Positions 10,570 to 20,689 are shown, counted from the first letter of the stretch. The stretch is 52,898 bases of DNA from an uncultured Eubacteriales bacterium (GCA_900319955.1 ONQM01000015.1:1-52898); one strand, 5' to 3'. A program made the numbers and translations. Notes: generated by a model not told the origin, from the letters alone.

Positions 10570-11304
10570 TTATTCTGCAGAAGAGTTATTTTCTTCTACT
10601 ACTGTTTCTGCTGCATCATCAGTCTTAACTTCGAGAGCTTTCTTATAACTTATTAAGTCAGCCTTTTCATTTTTAACATTAGGCTTTTTAACAGCAGTCT
10701 TAATGATAACAAATGAACCCTTTGCTCCAGGAACATTTCCTTTTACCATTATGTAATTATTTTCTAAATCAATCTTAACAATTTCAAGATTTTGAACTGT
10801 TCTCTTAACGCTGCCCATATGTCCTGGCATATGTTTACCTTTAAGAACATGCATTGGTCTCATTGTTCCAAGTGAACCAACACCTCTATGATATTGTGAG
10901 CCATGTCCCATAGGACCTCTTGATTGATTATACTTTTTGATAACGCCTTGGAAGCCTTTACCTTTAGTAACACCAGTTACATCAACTATTTCTCCTTCTT
11001 CGAAGATATTAGCTTTTACTTCATCACCTAAGTTATAGCTAGCAGCGTCCATCCCTCTTATTTCTCTTAAGAAGCGCTTAGGTGTTGTACCAGCTTTCTT
11101 AGTATGACCTTGACTTGGCTTGTTAGCTATCTTTTCACGTTTTTCACCAGTTGCAAGTTGTATAGCATCATAGCCATCTTTGTCGACTGTCTTAATTTGA
11201 GTTACAACATTAGGTTTAACTTCAATGACAGTTACAGGAATTAACTTACCGTTTGTAGTAAATACTTCAGTCATTCCAATTTTTTTACCTAAGATTCCTT
11301 TCAT
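10570..11304 (-). CDS. rplC: 50S ribosomal protein L3 (with acidic C-terminal extension)
   Basis: 244 aa starting [16 protein letters not shown].. Confidence 0.95.
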   Translation of the reverse strand: MKGILGKKIGMTEVFTTNGKLIPVTVIEVKPNVVTQIKTVDKDGYDAIQLATGEKREKIANKPSQGHTKKAGTTPKRFLREIRGMDAASYNLGDEVKANIFEEGEIVDVTGVTKGKGFQGVIKKYNQSRGPMGHGSQYHRGVGSLGTMRPMHVLKGKHMPGHMGSVKRTVQNLEIVKIDLENNYIMVKGNVPGAKGSFVIIKTAVKKPNVKNEKADLISYKKALEVKTDDAAETVVEENNSSAE

Positions 11305-11318
11305 TTTTTCCTCCTACA

Positions 11319-11526
11319 TTAAATCATTTTAATTTCAATATCTACTCCACTAGGTAAATCTATATGAGAAAGAGCCTCAACGATTTCCTATTTCAGTTGG
11401 AAGTGGAACTGGTCCAGATATTTCTCCACCTGATCTTTTAACAGTCTCAACAATCTTTGTAACTGCAGTATCTAAAAGTTTATGATCATAAGCCTTTAAT
11501 CTAATACGCATTTTCTTGTTTGCCAT
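11319..11526 (-). pseudogene. rpsJ: 30S ribosomal protein S10, internally deleted and frameshifted
   Basis: My translation from the ATG at 11526 reads [49 protein letters not shown] then TGA (11379-11377). A second frame reads [22 protein letters not shown] then TAA (11321-11319), which is the S10 C-terminus. The locus is 208 nt, against about 309 nt for a normal S10. No minus-strand ORF of 60 aa or more appears here in the track. Confidence 0.85.
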
Positions 11527-11657
11527 TTAAAATCCTCCCTTCGCCTATATCTAGTATAGACTTGCTCCGTGTAAATAACCTGATACATTTGATTTTGTCT
11601 TTCAACTCTACCTGGTGTATCAGCAACCTCACACATCTAAGCAGCCACACGAGATTA

Positions 11658-11687
11658 ATTATAACACGATATTACAACGTTTTGCAA
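11658..11687 (-). promoter_or_regulatory. sigmaA-type promoter of the S10 operon plus structured leader
   Basis: On the minus strand: TTGCAA (11687-11682), an 18-nt spacer, then TATAAT (11663-11658). The leader of about 125 nt contains an 8-bp stem, CTGATACA..TGTATCAG. Confidence 0.6.
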
Positions 11688-11756
11688 CATATTTTTAAAA
11701 CTTTTTGAAGAAATTTTTTTAAAATTTATATATAAACCATTGTAAATGAGTATTAT

Positions 11757-11785
11757 TTGACTTTTTTATTTCATATTTATATAAT
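11757..11785 (+). promoter_or_regulatory. sigmaA-type promoter
   Basis: TTGACT, 17 nt, then TATAAT, located 33 nt upstream of the ATG at 11819, which has an AAGGAG Shine-Dalgarno. Confidence 0.65.
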
Positions 11786-11818
11786 AATGAACGTTGCGTA
11801 TGAAAGGAGATAAACATT

Positions 11819-12841
11819 ATGAAAAGTAAAGATTTAGATGAAAATTTTTTTGAAAAAGAAAAAAAGAATATAGAAAATAATATGTATGATAATTCGCATA
11901 TGTTTAATGAAGAAGAAAAAGAAAATAATAATTTAGAAGATAACTCATATATGTTTGAAGAAGAAAACGATGAGTATAAAAGAAAAATTATTAGTAAAAG
12001 CTTTGAGCATGAAAGAATTGGAATTAAATCACTAATAATAGGTATATCAGCATTAGCAGCAGCAGGCCTTGTAGGATGTGCAATAGGTGAAGCTGGAGCT
12101 TCTTATAAACTCGAAAAAGAAATAGATAATAAGAAAGAAAAGAATAACTCAACAAATGGTAATACAAAAAAGAAAAAAGAAATAAATTATGAAAAGCAAA
12201 AAGAGGAGAAAAAGGAAACAAGCTTTACAATAGATAACTATAAAAATCCATATGAAAAAAGTGAATATACTACGCAAGAATTTATGCCAGGAGAACATGC
12301 AGTATATGTCCCAATAACAGAAGACAAAGATGTAAGAAAGTTAAACTATAGATATGAATACCATGAAGGTTATAAACCAGTAAAAATACAAATTGAATCT
12401 TATGGTGATGAAGGAGAAAATTTTGGTGGAGGTTATGTTGAGTATATAAATACAGAACCTGTAGAATGTAAATCTAATCTTCAAGGAAGATATGGACATT
12501 ACGTTTATTTAGATTTTGGTAAACCATCATATAAGAAAGAAGAAAAATATAAAAGAGAAAATAATGAATTTGATGTTGGACAGCATATTATTTCTATTCC
12601 TATATATAATACATATGGAGATTTAGAAAATTTCAAAAAAGTAAATGAACATAAAGGATATAAAATAATAGATATATGTGGAACAGCGTATGGTAAGAAT
12701 GATGAATACTATGCAGGAGGAGTTGCTCTTTACATAAACACAGTACCAGTAACTGCAAGTAAATATTCAGATGATATTTATAAAGATTACCAAAACTTTG
12801 GTTATCCAATAGAAAAGCCTAAAACAAAAACTCTAAAATAA
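11819..12841 (+). CDS. membrane-anchored protein with duplicated C-terminal domain, unknown function
   Basis: 340 aa with an acidic and Lys-rich N-terminus and one TM helix (LIIGISALAAAGLVGCAIG). Two homologous modules of about 65 aa follow (GEHAVYVPI..GGGYVEYINTEPV and GQHIISIPI..AGGVALYINTVPV). Confidence 0.7.
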   Translation: MKSKDLDENFFEKEKKNIENNMYDNSHMFNEEEKENNNLEDNSYMFEEENDEYKRKIISKSFEHERIGIKSLIIGISALAAAGLVGCAIGEAGASYKLEKEIDNKKEKNNSTNGNTKKKKEINYEKQKEEKKETSFTIDNYKNPYEKSEYTTQEFMPGEHAVYVPITEDKDVRKLNYRYEYHEGYKPVKIQIESYGDEGENFGGGYVEYINTEPVECKSNLQGRYGHYVYLDFGKPSYKKEEKYKRENNEFDVGQHIISIPIYNTYGDLENFKKVNEHKGYKIIDICGTAYGKNDEYYAGGVALYINTVPVTASKYSDDIYKDYQNFGYPIEKPKTKTLK

Positions 12842-12842
12842 A

Positions 12843-12869
12843 AATTGGGAAATTAATTCTCAATTTTTT
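12843..12869. terminator. bidirectional hairpin terminator between convergent genes
   Basis: AATTGGGA, a 7-nt loop, then TCTCAATT (one G-T pair), flanked by an A-run and a T-run. Confidence 0.45.
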
Positions 12870-14091
12870 ATTTTGTCTTCTTATGTCTTTCACTCTTACC
12901 AATAAGTTTTAAAGATGCAGGAAGAATACTAACAGACCCAAACTTCTTATTTATATCATCAACTATTAAATCAACATCACTTTCTTTTTCTTCTTTATTA
13001 TCATTAAACAAATTAATCTGTACTTGCCTAACACTTGTTAAATCATAAAACCTAACACCAATATTTCTAATTAATTCACCTTTAAAACTATTTTTAAATA
13101 TTCTAATTACATCTTTATAAAGCTCTATAGAATTATTCTTAGGAACATTTAACTTTTCACCATGGGAATACGATTTAAAGCTACTATTCTTATACATTAC
13201 GCAAACGCCTGTTGCATATTTATGAATATCTCTTAAATTTCTAGCAAGCTCTTCCGTCTGCCTAAAAAGTACTTTTTTTAATTCATCGAAATCACTAACA
13301 TCATACTTAAGAGTTTCAGATATGCTTATACTTTCAGTTTTACTCTTTCTTCTTCCAACAGGACTATCATCAATTCCATTAGCAGAATTAATTAAAAACA
13401 TAGTATTATTTTTAAAATATTTTTCAAGTCTATTAGGACTAGCTACTGCTAAATCACCAATAGTATTTATCCCAATACTTCTAAGCTTAGAAGAAGTAGA
13501 CTTCCCAACCATAAATAAATTTTCAATAGGAAGATGCCACATCTTACGCTCTATTTCATTTTTATAAAGAGTATGTACCATATCTGGGCCTTCCATATCA
13601 CTAGCCATCTTTGCACAAAGTTTATTCTCTCCTATTCCAACATTAACCGTAAAACCAAAATTATTCTTAATGTCATCTTTAATCTTATAAGCAAGCTTTA
13701 AATAATCTTTGTATAAATAATTAGTACCTGTTAAATCCATAAAGCATTCATCAATAGAGTACCTCTCAATAACAGGTGTATACTGACATAAATATTCATA
13801 CATTATATCAGATTCTTTTCTATAAAAATCATATTCAGGTGGATAAACTTTTAAATTCTTACATATTTTCCTAGCTTCATAAATAGTAGTTGCAGTCTTT
13901 ATTCCCATACGTTTTGCAATAGGAGATTTAGCTAGTACTATACCATGTCTATCTTCTTCATTACCACCAATTATACTTGGTATCTTTCTAATATCTAACT
14001 TTTCACCCTTTTCAAGCATATGTACTGCAGTCCATGATAAAAACGCATTATTAACATCAACATGAAATATTATTCTTTGCATTTCAATCAC
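12868..14091 (-). CDS. dinB: Y-family DNA polymerase IV
   Basis: 407 aa starting ..IFHVDVNNAFLSWTAV.. with ..YSIDECFMDLTG.., typical of the ImpB/DinB family. Confidence 0.9.
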   Translation of the reverse strand: MIEMQRIIFHVDVNNAFLSWTAVHMLEKGEKLDIRKIPSIIGGNEEDRHGIVLAKSPIAKRMGIKTATTIYEARKICKNLKVYPPEYDFYRKESDIMYEYLCQYTPVIERYSIDECFMDLTGTNYLYKDYLKLAYKIKDDIKNNFGFTVNVGIGENKLCAKMASDMEGPDMVHTLYKNEIERKMWHLPIENLFMVGKSTSSKLRSIGINTIGDLAVASPNRLEKYFKNNTMFLINSANGIDDSPVGRRKSKTESISISETLKYDVSDFDELKKVLFRQTEELARNLRDIHKYATGVCVMYKNSSFKSYSHGEKLNVPKNNSIELYKDVIRIFKNSFKGELIRNIGVRFYDLTSVRQVQINLFNDNKEEKESDVDLIVDDINKKFGSVSILPASLKLIGKSERHKKTK

Positions 14092-14270
14092 TTCCTCTAT
14101 ATAAATATTATACTAAATTTTTCATATAACAAACAATATAATAAAAAAATAACTTTTTAACTACATTATATAGACAAATACTACTTATGCTCGTAGAGGA
14201 ACTTAATTCGTTAGGTGTTTATACTCAGGACCATTAAAATTTATTTTATTGGAAGTGGAAAGAGGAACAA

Positions 14271-14333
14271 ATGGAGTACTTAATTGTACTTATCATTATT
14301 CTAGTTCTTATTATAAGACTCCTAGGCAAATAG
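14271..14333 (+). CDS. candidate 20-aa hydrophobic peptide (type I toxin-like)
   Basis: AGAGGA Shine-Dalgarno 6 nt before the ATG. The peptide is MEYLIVLIIILVLIIRLLGK. A convergent hairpin with a T-tail on the opposite strand (14337-14368) lies immediately 3'. A plus-strand hairpin with a T-run lies near 14407-14445. Confidence 0.3.
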   Translation: MEYLIVLIIILVLIIRLLGK

Positions 14334-14558
14334 AAAAGAACACCTACTCAAAAGAGTTAAGGTGTTCAAAGACATTAAATTATTAATTAATGGACTGAGA
14401 ACACTTAACATTCCAAAATTAAGTATCCTCTTATTTTGAAGATAATTTCTTCAACCAACTATAATATAACACAAACCACTTATTTTGTTTAGTACATCTA
14501 GTTCAAAGAAATTTCTTCATAACTATTATATTGCTTATTTAATTAAATATGTAAGTAT

Positions 14559-16268
14559 TTAATCTTTTTTATATAAATCAAGAACATAATTATAACTATC
14601 TAAATTGATCTTTTTAAGTAAAGAAAGTGAAGTATCTAAACTCTTTTTGTAATTTCCCTTATTAAATAAATTAGTTGCATCTTCAATAATTAATTCATTA
14701 TTGCCTAAATCACTAAATCTATTTAAATAAATAATTAACTTTTCAGAAAAACCAGCATCCTTAATAATACTACTTGTTGTATTGAAAAGTTTTAGTACAA
14801 GATCACGTGCTGTATCAACTCTAGTATTTAAAGTAGATATAGTAATAGGTTTATTAGAAAGTTCTTTTATAACCTCACTAATAGCTTCATTAGCTTCATT
14901 AAGTTCAACAAAATACTTATCACTAATTACTGGAAGCTTATAATTATGCATTAAGTTCTTGCTACTTTTTAAGAATTTTTCAATCTCTTCAAGCTGCTCA
15001 CGTGCTCTTTGCTCATCATCATACATAGTACCTAAACTCTTTAAACTATCATCAAGCTTTAATGTAACATTCTTAAGTTCTTCTGATAATTTTTCAAGTT
15101 CTAAATGCATCTCTGAATATGGTGCAGCTTTATTTTCAAGTTTACCTTTAAGCTTATTATAATTATCATTAATAGTTGTCATTTCTTTATTTTCGCTTCT
15201 AATTAATGCAACATCATCATCTTTTAAATTATAAGTATTTTTAATATTATCAAGAGATGTAAAAACACTTCCTATTGCATTATTTGTCTTAGAAAGCTTT
15301 AAAGCAAAATCTCTATTAGCATCTTCAAAGGCAGTCCTATTAAGTCTTTCCTTTTCAAAATCCATAAAAGTAGAATCAAGATATTTAAGCATTGTATCAA
15401 CTTCAAGTTTACAATCATTCATATTTAAAACCTTAATTCTATCATAAACATTTTCTGTATTTTTTTTAATTTCTTTTAAATTATAAGGAATATTTAAATA
15501 ATCAAGAACATATCCTTCTTTTATCATCTGATTATACTGGTCTTCAACATCTTTTGCTTTACCAGGAAGAATCTGCCTGCACATAAGAATTAAATCTGGT
15601 ACATCTTTAATTACAACACTCATTTCATCAATCATACTAGTAAGTCCTCTAACAATATGCATAGCATCATTATAGTTGTTGGACTCCATAACTTTCTCAA
15701 ATTCCATAAAACGTTTTTCAATACTTTCAAACTTCAAACTAATAGCATCAATTGTTTCCTCATAAAGCTTTTTATGTTTATTAAAATCACTAGTTAACTT
15801 TCTATATCTTGTCTTTAACTTTGTTATCATTGATCTATACTTTTCATCACTAGATGTTATTTCAGTTATTTCTTTTAAAAGCGTATTAGCATATTCTCTC
15901 ACTCTATATATCTCAAACTCTGTTTTATTAATTTTCATATCACAGGTTTCATAATCTTTTTTATCATAAAAAGTATCAAGCTCAATTAACATATCATCTA
16001 TATGAGGCAGCATCTCATTTTTTATTTTATTTAATCTATCATTAAACTCTTCACACTTCTTTTGAAGATCCTCATTCTTTGATAAATCTTCAACTTTAGA
16101 AAGCTCTAAAGAAATAGGAATACTTGAAACAATATTTTTTTGATACTCTAAATCATCTAAAGTATTTTTATAATACTTATTTTTCTTAGATTTAAGAACT
16201 CTTACAATAATTATTATGAACAAAACTATAAATACCACTGCACCAATAATAATATAAGTCATTTTCAT
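14559..16268 (-). CDS. ezrA: septation ring formation regulator EzrA-like
   Basis: About 569 aa with an N-terminal TM helix followed by long coiled-coil repeats. The start is taken at the ATG at 16268 after GAGGTG. Confidence 0.7.
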   Translation of the reverse strand: MKMTYIIIGAVVFIVLFIIIIVRVLKSKKNKYYKNTLDDLEYQKNIVSSIPISLELSKVEDLSKNEDLQKKCEEFNDRLNKIKNEMLPHIDDMLIELDTFYDKKDYETCDMKINKTEFEIYRVREYANTLLKEITEITSSDEKYRSMITKLKTRYRKLTSDFNKHKKLYEETIDAISLKFESIEKRFMEFEKVMESNNYNDAMHIVRGLTSMIDEMSVVIKDVPDLILMCRQILPGKAKDVEDQYNQMIKEGYVLDYLNIPYNLKEIKKNTENVYDRIKVLNMNDCKLEVDTMLKYLDSTFMDFEKERLNRTAFEDANRDFALKLSKTNNAIGSVFTSLDNIKNTYNLKDDDVALIRSENKEMTTINDNYNKLKGKLENKAAPYSEMHLELEKLSEELKNVTLKLDDSLKSLGTMYDDEQRAREQLEEIEKFLKSSKNLMHNYKLPVISDKYFVELNEANEAISEVIKELSNKPITISTLNTRVDTARDLVLKLFNTTSSIIKDAGFSEKLIIYLNRFSDLGNNELIIEDATNLFNKGNYKKSLDTSLSLLKKINLDSYNYVLDLYKKD

Positions 16269-16311
16269 TAGTTTCACCTCTATTATCATAGAAATATCAT
16301 ATCACATAAAT

Positions 16312-16339
16312 TTGACAAAATAAATATTTAGCGTATAAT
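16312..16339 (+). promoter_or_regulatory. sigmaA-type promoter of rpsD with leader of about 160 nt
   Basis: TTGACA (16312-16317), 16 nt, then TATAAT (16334-16339). The long untranslated leader may be the S4 autoregulatory site. Confidence 0.6.
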
Positions 16340-16504
16340 AAAATTTGCATATTTCGTTTAGACAGCGTTTTTAGAATATTTTAATGTGTTTTACAAATAA
16401 CTCTAGTAACTCTTCCGCTGTAAGAGTGAAAGACAAAGTAAGACTCCCTAAGATATGACTAAAAAAGTATAAAGGAAAATGTAATATTATGAAAGGAGAA
16501 AGTT

Positions 16505-17107
16505 ATGGCAAGATATACAGGACCTAGTTACAAAAAAGCAAGACATGTTGGTTTCTCAATTTCTGAAACAGGAAAAGAATTAGCTCGTCGTCCTTATGGA
16601 CCTGGTGATCATGGAAATGGTCGTCATGGTAAGCTTTCTGATTATGGAGTACAATTAAAAGAAAAACAAAAAGTTAAATTCATGTATGGTTTAAATGAAA
16701 AGCAATTTAGAAAAACATTTGATGATGCTGCTAAAATGCCTGGTATACATGGTGAAAACTTCTTAAAGCTTTTAGAGTCTCGTCTAGATAACTTAGTTTA
16801 TCGTATGGGATTTGCAACTACAAGACGTGGTGCAAGACAACTAGTTAACCATGGACATATTACTGTTGATGGTAAGAAAGTTGATATTCCATCATATAGA
16901 GTTAAACCTGGACAAGTAATCGCAATAAAAGAAAACTCTAAAGATCATAAAGCTGTTAAAGAAGCTCTAGAAAAAGTAACTAAGAGAGTAGAATTTGTAA
17001 ATTATGATGATTCTAAAATGGCTGGTACTTATGTAAGATATCCAGAAAGAACAGAATTAAATGCTGATATTGATGAATCACTAATCGTTGAATTCTATAA
17101 CAAATAA
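16505..17107 (+). CDS. rpsD: 30S ribosomal protein S4
   Basis: 200 aa starting [17 protein letters not shown].. Confidence 0.95.
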   Translation: MARYTGPSYKKARHVGFSISETGKELARRPYGPGDHGNGRHGKLSDYGVQLKEKQKVKFMYGLNEKQFRKTFDDAAKMPGIHGENFLKLLESRLDNLVYRMGFATTRRGARQLVNHGHITVDGKKVDIPSYRVKPGQVIAIKENSKDHKAVKEALEKVTKRVEFVNYDDSKMAGTYVRYPERTELNADIDESLIVEFYNK

Positions 17108-17126
17108 AAATAAGACAAGCAAAGTC

Positions 17127-17660
17127 TTATTTTTTTATATCAAACTCTTCTAAATAACAATTATCTATTTTAAAATCATCTGGTTTTGCAATAGTTCCTG
17201 TTAAAAAGTTATGAAAGCATCTTACAACAGCACTATGAGATACAATTAAAACATTTTTATCTTCATAATTCTCTTTTAAATAATTAATAAAATCTTCTAC
17301 TCTTTTATAAACATCGTTAATAGGCTCTATATGATTATCATTAGAGTTTAATTTTGTATCCCAATATTTATCCATAGCATAAAGGTCTTTAGATTCACCC
17401 TCTAAATAACCTAAATTTCTTTCTCTTAACCTATTATCTTTTAAAATTAGGCATCTATCACCTACTATTATAAAAGCAGTTTGTAAAGCTCTAATTAAAG
17501 GGGAAGAAAAACATACATCTATTTCTTTATTCTTTAACTTCTCCCTTAACTCTTTAGCTTCCTCTATTCCCTTTTTATTAAGAACAGTATCTATAGTACC
17601 CTGCATATGTCCTTTAGAGTTCTCTAGTGTCTGTCCATGTCTTACTAAATAAATATGCAT
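17127..17660 (-). CDS. histidine phosphatase family protein (phosphoglycerate-mutase-like)
   Basis: 177 aa with the N-terminal RHG motif (LVRHGQTLEN) and HSAVVR. Confidence 0.85.
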   Translation of the reverse strand: MHIYLVRHGQTLENSKGHMQGTIDTVLNKKGIEEAKELREKLKNKEIDVCFSSPLIRALQTAFIIVGDRCLILKDNRLRERNLGYLEGESKDLYAMDKYWDTKLNSNDNHIEPINDVYKRVEDFINYLKENYEDKNVLIVSHSAVVRCFHNFLTGTIAKPDDFKIDNCYLEEFDIKK

Positions 17661-18865
17661 TACTTTAAATTTCCTTTATAAGTTATAAACATATTATTAT
17701 ATTTTTTCTCAGTATCATTACTGTTATAACCACTAACAACATATAACTCATTATACTTATTTATATCAGTAAAGTAGTTGTTGCTATATTTGTTATAAAT
17801 GTTTTTATCCTCAAGTTTCAAATCTAAACTATACTTATTAATTAAACCTCTATAATTATATGCAAATTCTTTTTTAGTAGATTTCTTCTTATTTAAAACA
17901 GCCTCATGTCCAACAACATAAATATCTTTACCATCAATAATTAAATTATTGAATCTTTCTAAGCCTTTCTTAGTATCCTTGTATGTAACTTCATCTTTCT
18001 TTTCAAGATTTTCATCATACTTAACAATTAATCCATCTATATCATGATCATACTCATCATCTTCGTTTAGCTTTTTAGCACCAACAACATATAAGTATCC
18101 ATCTTTATATTCTATACTTGAAAAACCAATAGTATCAGTTTTAGCATAACTAACTGCTTTCACATACTCACCATCTAAAGTATATTTTGCAACAACACCA
18201 TAACGAGTTGCATCTTTACCTGCTAAATATAAATATTTTCCATGTTTAACAATGTCATTAAATAGTCCTGACTTATTGCCACCTAAATGCTTCTTCCAAA
18301 GAATCTTACCATTCTTATCATATTTTATAAGCATTCCGCCACCTGTATTTTCATTACCTAATACATCATTTGGATAAATACTTTGTCCGACAACAATATA
18401 ACCATCATCGGCAACAATTAAATTAGTAAACTTAGAAACACCTAAATCTTGATAAGTCTTCTTAAAAAGCAATTTACCATCTTTACTATACTTTGCAATT
18501 AAAGCACTTCTATATTTATTTTTATTCTCATCTTTAGTGTTCTCAACAGATCCAACTGCAACTAAATTATTACCATCCTCTTTAACATAAAAGAAAGTAC
18601 TATTATATTTAGAATCTAATACATAAGAATTAACCTTTCTTAAATTACTATTGTATTTATAAATAACTCCTTCTTCTTTTTTATCTTTATTCTTATTTGT
18701 ACTACCACAAGCATAAATAGTATCCTTATCATAAAAGAAAGAATTTAAACTTTCAAAATTAAGATTTTTGCTATCTGTCTTCAAAAATAGAAAGATATCA
18801 ACCCCTAAAACTATAACACATAAAACTATTACAACTATTAATATTCTTTTTAATTTCTTACTCAT
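17660..18865 (-). CDS. membrane-anchored repeat (beta-propeller-like) protein, unknown function
   Basis: N-terminal TM helix followed by repeats of about 45 aa of the form ..VGS..ALIAKYSKDGKLLFKK.., ..MLIKYDKNGKILWKK.., ..GVVAKYTLDGEYV.., ..GLIVKYDENLE.. The start is taken at the ATG at 18865 after AAGGTGA. Confidence 0.6.
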   Translation of the reverse strand: MSKKLKRILIVVIVLCVIVLGVDIFLFLKTDSKNLNFESLNSFFYDKDTIYACGSTNKNKDKKEEGVIYKYNSNLRKVNSYVLDSKYNSTFFYVKEDGNNLVAVGSVENTKDENKNKYRSALIAKYSKDGKLLFKKTYQDLGVSKFTNLIVADDGYIVVGQSIYPNDVLGNENTGGGMLIKYDKNGKILWKKHLGGNKSGLFNDIVKHGKYLYLAGKDATRYGVVAKYTLDGEYVKAVSYAKTDTIGFSSIEYKDGYLYVVGAKKLNEDDEYDHDIDGLIVKYDENLEKKDEVTYKDTKKGLERFNNLIIDGKDIYVVGHEAVLNKKKSTKKEFAYNYRGLINKYSLDLKLEDKNIYNKYSNNYFTDINKYNELYVVSGYNSNDTEKKYNNMFITYKGNLK

Positions 18866-18877
18866 TACTATCACCTT

Positions 18878-20101
18878 CTAAAAACTAATTATAAAATACT
18901 TTTTCTTGCCACGTCTAATTACAGTATATTTATTATCAATAGATTTATCTTTTGAAACTAAATAATCTAAATCTGTTACCTTATCCCCATTAACACTAAT
19001 AGCACCATTACCAATAAACTCTCTAGCTTCTCTCTTACTAGAACATATCTTGTTGTCAACGAGTGTTTCAACAAGATTTTTATTTTCTCCTTTAAAAATA
19101 GGCATACCTTTAAATACACTTTCAATATCTTTAGAATTAAAATCTTTTATATTACCACTAAATAATGCTTCAGAAAGATTAAGTGCATGATTATATTCTT
19201 CTTTTCCATGAAGATCAGTAATAATTTCTTTTGCAAGAGCTTTTTGTGCTATATGAAGTTCAGGTTTTTCATTATGCTTCTTCATAATATCAATTATTTG
19301 ATCTGGTGTTAAAAATGTATAAACTTTTAAGTATTCTTCTACCTTAGTATCACTAGCATTAATTAAGAACTGATAAAGTTCGTAACTAGAAGTCTTATTC
19401 TTATCAAGCCAAATAGCATTACCTTCACTCTTACCAAACTTCTTACCATTTTCATCAAGAATTAATGGCATAGTAAATGCATAAGCATCTTTTCCTTCAA
19501 CTTTCTTAATTAAATCAATACCAGTTGTTATATTGCCCCACTGATCAGAACCTTCTGCCTGAAGAACACAATTTTTTTCTTTAAATAAATGTAAAAAATC
19601 ATATCCTTGCATTAAAGTATAAGTAAACTCTGCAAAAGTAATGCCAGTTTCTAATCTTCTTCTAATAATGTCCTTATCAAGCATATAATTAACATTAATA
19701 TACTTACCAGTATCTCTTAAAAAATCTATTAAAGTAATATTCTTCATCCAATCATAATTATTAACAATCTCACAATTACCATCAAAAATATTAGTAACTT
19801 GTTTTTTAATAGCATCAACATTATGTAAAACAGCGTCTTTTGATATAATTTCACGTTCTGCAGTAGGACGAGGATCCCCAATTAAACCAGTAGCTCCTCC
19901 AATTAAAAGAATTGGATGATTTCCCATTTTAGCAAGTCTTTTTGCAGTAACTAGTGATGAATAATGTCCTATATGAAGCGAATCTGCAGTAGGATCTGTT
20001 CCCCAGTAGAAAGTAAACCCACCTTTATTAATTAAACTTTCAACATCTCCAGCTTCATCTTTTATTAAGCCTCTCCATTTTAACTCTTCGTAATTTGTCA
20101 T
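18878..20101 (-). CDS. tyrS: tyrosine--tRNA ligase
   Basis: 407 aa with HIGH (LHIGHY), KMSKS-like KFGKS, and a C-terminal S4 domain. Confidence 0.95.
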   Translation of the reverse strand: MTNYEELKWRGLIKDEAGDVESLINKGGFTFYWGTDPTADSLHIGHYSSLVTAKRLAKMGNHPILLIGGATGLIGDPRPTAEREIISKDAVLHNVDAIKKQVTNIFDGNCEIVNNYDWMKNITLIDFLRDTGKYINVNYMLDKDIIRRRLETGITFAEFTYTLMQGYDFLHLFKEKNCVLQAEGSDQWGNITTGIDLIKKVEGKDAYAFTMPLILDENGKKFGKSEGNAIWLDKNKTSSYELYQFLINASDTKVEEYLKVYTFLTPDQIIDIMKKHNEKPELHIAQKALAKEIITDLHGKEEYNHALNLSEALFSGNIKDFNSKDIESVFKGMPIFKGENKNLVETLVDNKICSSKREAREFIGNGAISVNGDKVTDLDYLVSKDKSIDNKYTVIRRGKKKYFIISF

Positions 20102-20284
20102 ATTAAAACCTCCTCAAAATAAAAGAAAGCCTAATTATAAGGACGAAAAACGCGGTACCACCTTACTTCATAGACTCTCTATGCACTCATACTTTTAACG
20201 CAAGTATACGTTTTTTCTCATGGCTTGTAAGACCAATCAATGAAAAATATATCTTATTATATCAGAAAGCAAAAATTAAATCTA
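20102..20284 (-). promoter_or_regulatory. T-box leader (tyrosine specifier likely)
   Basis: The minus strand contains the conserved T-box sequence AGGTGGTACCGCG (plus-strand 20151-20162). An upstream UAC-containing loop (CGTATACTTGCG) is present. The element lies directly 5' of tyrS. Confidence 0.7.
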
Positions 20285-20689
20285 CTATTTATCTTCTAAT
20301 TTCTTAAGAACTTTTTTAGTAGCTTTAATAGCTTCTTTTCTAACACTTTCAGCAGCTTCTTCAACATAAGGAGTTGCTTTATCTCTTGCATAAGCTGCAA
20401 GCTCTTCTGCCTTTTCTTTAATATCTTCTGCCTTTTCTTTAGCTATCTTTAAAGCTTTTTCCTTGTCTAAATCTTTAAGTTCTTCTTGTAAAGAGTTAAG
20501 CCTTTCAAGCATATTATCTTTAACTTCTTCTTTATCAATATTCTTAATTCTTTTAGCAAGTTCCTTAAAGCTATCCTTTACGTCTTCTCTCATCTCAGAT
20601 CCTTTCTTAGGTGCAAGAAGTACTCCAATTCCAGCTCCTATTCCAAGTCCTAATAAAAACTTACCAAATCCTTTATTTTCTCTACTCAT
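20285..20689 (-). CDS. YtxH-like general stress protein
   Basis: MSRENKGFGKFLLGLGIGAGIGVLLAPKKGSEMRED.., followed by a Lys/Glu-rich helix. The start is taken at the internal ATG at 20689. Confidence 0.7.
   Translation of the reverse strand: MSRENKGFGKFLLGLGIGAGIGVLLAPKKGSEMREDVKDSFKELAKRIKNIDKEEVKDNMLERLNSLQEELKDLDKEKALKIAKEKAEDIKEKAEELAAYARDKATPYVEEAAESVRKEAIKATKKVLKKLEDK

Noticed and set aside
14092-14160. LexA/DinR SOS box upstream of dinB
   Set aside because: I found no CGAAC-N4-GTTCG-like palindrome in the region upstream of dinB.
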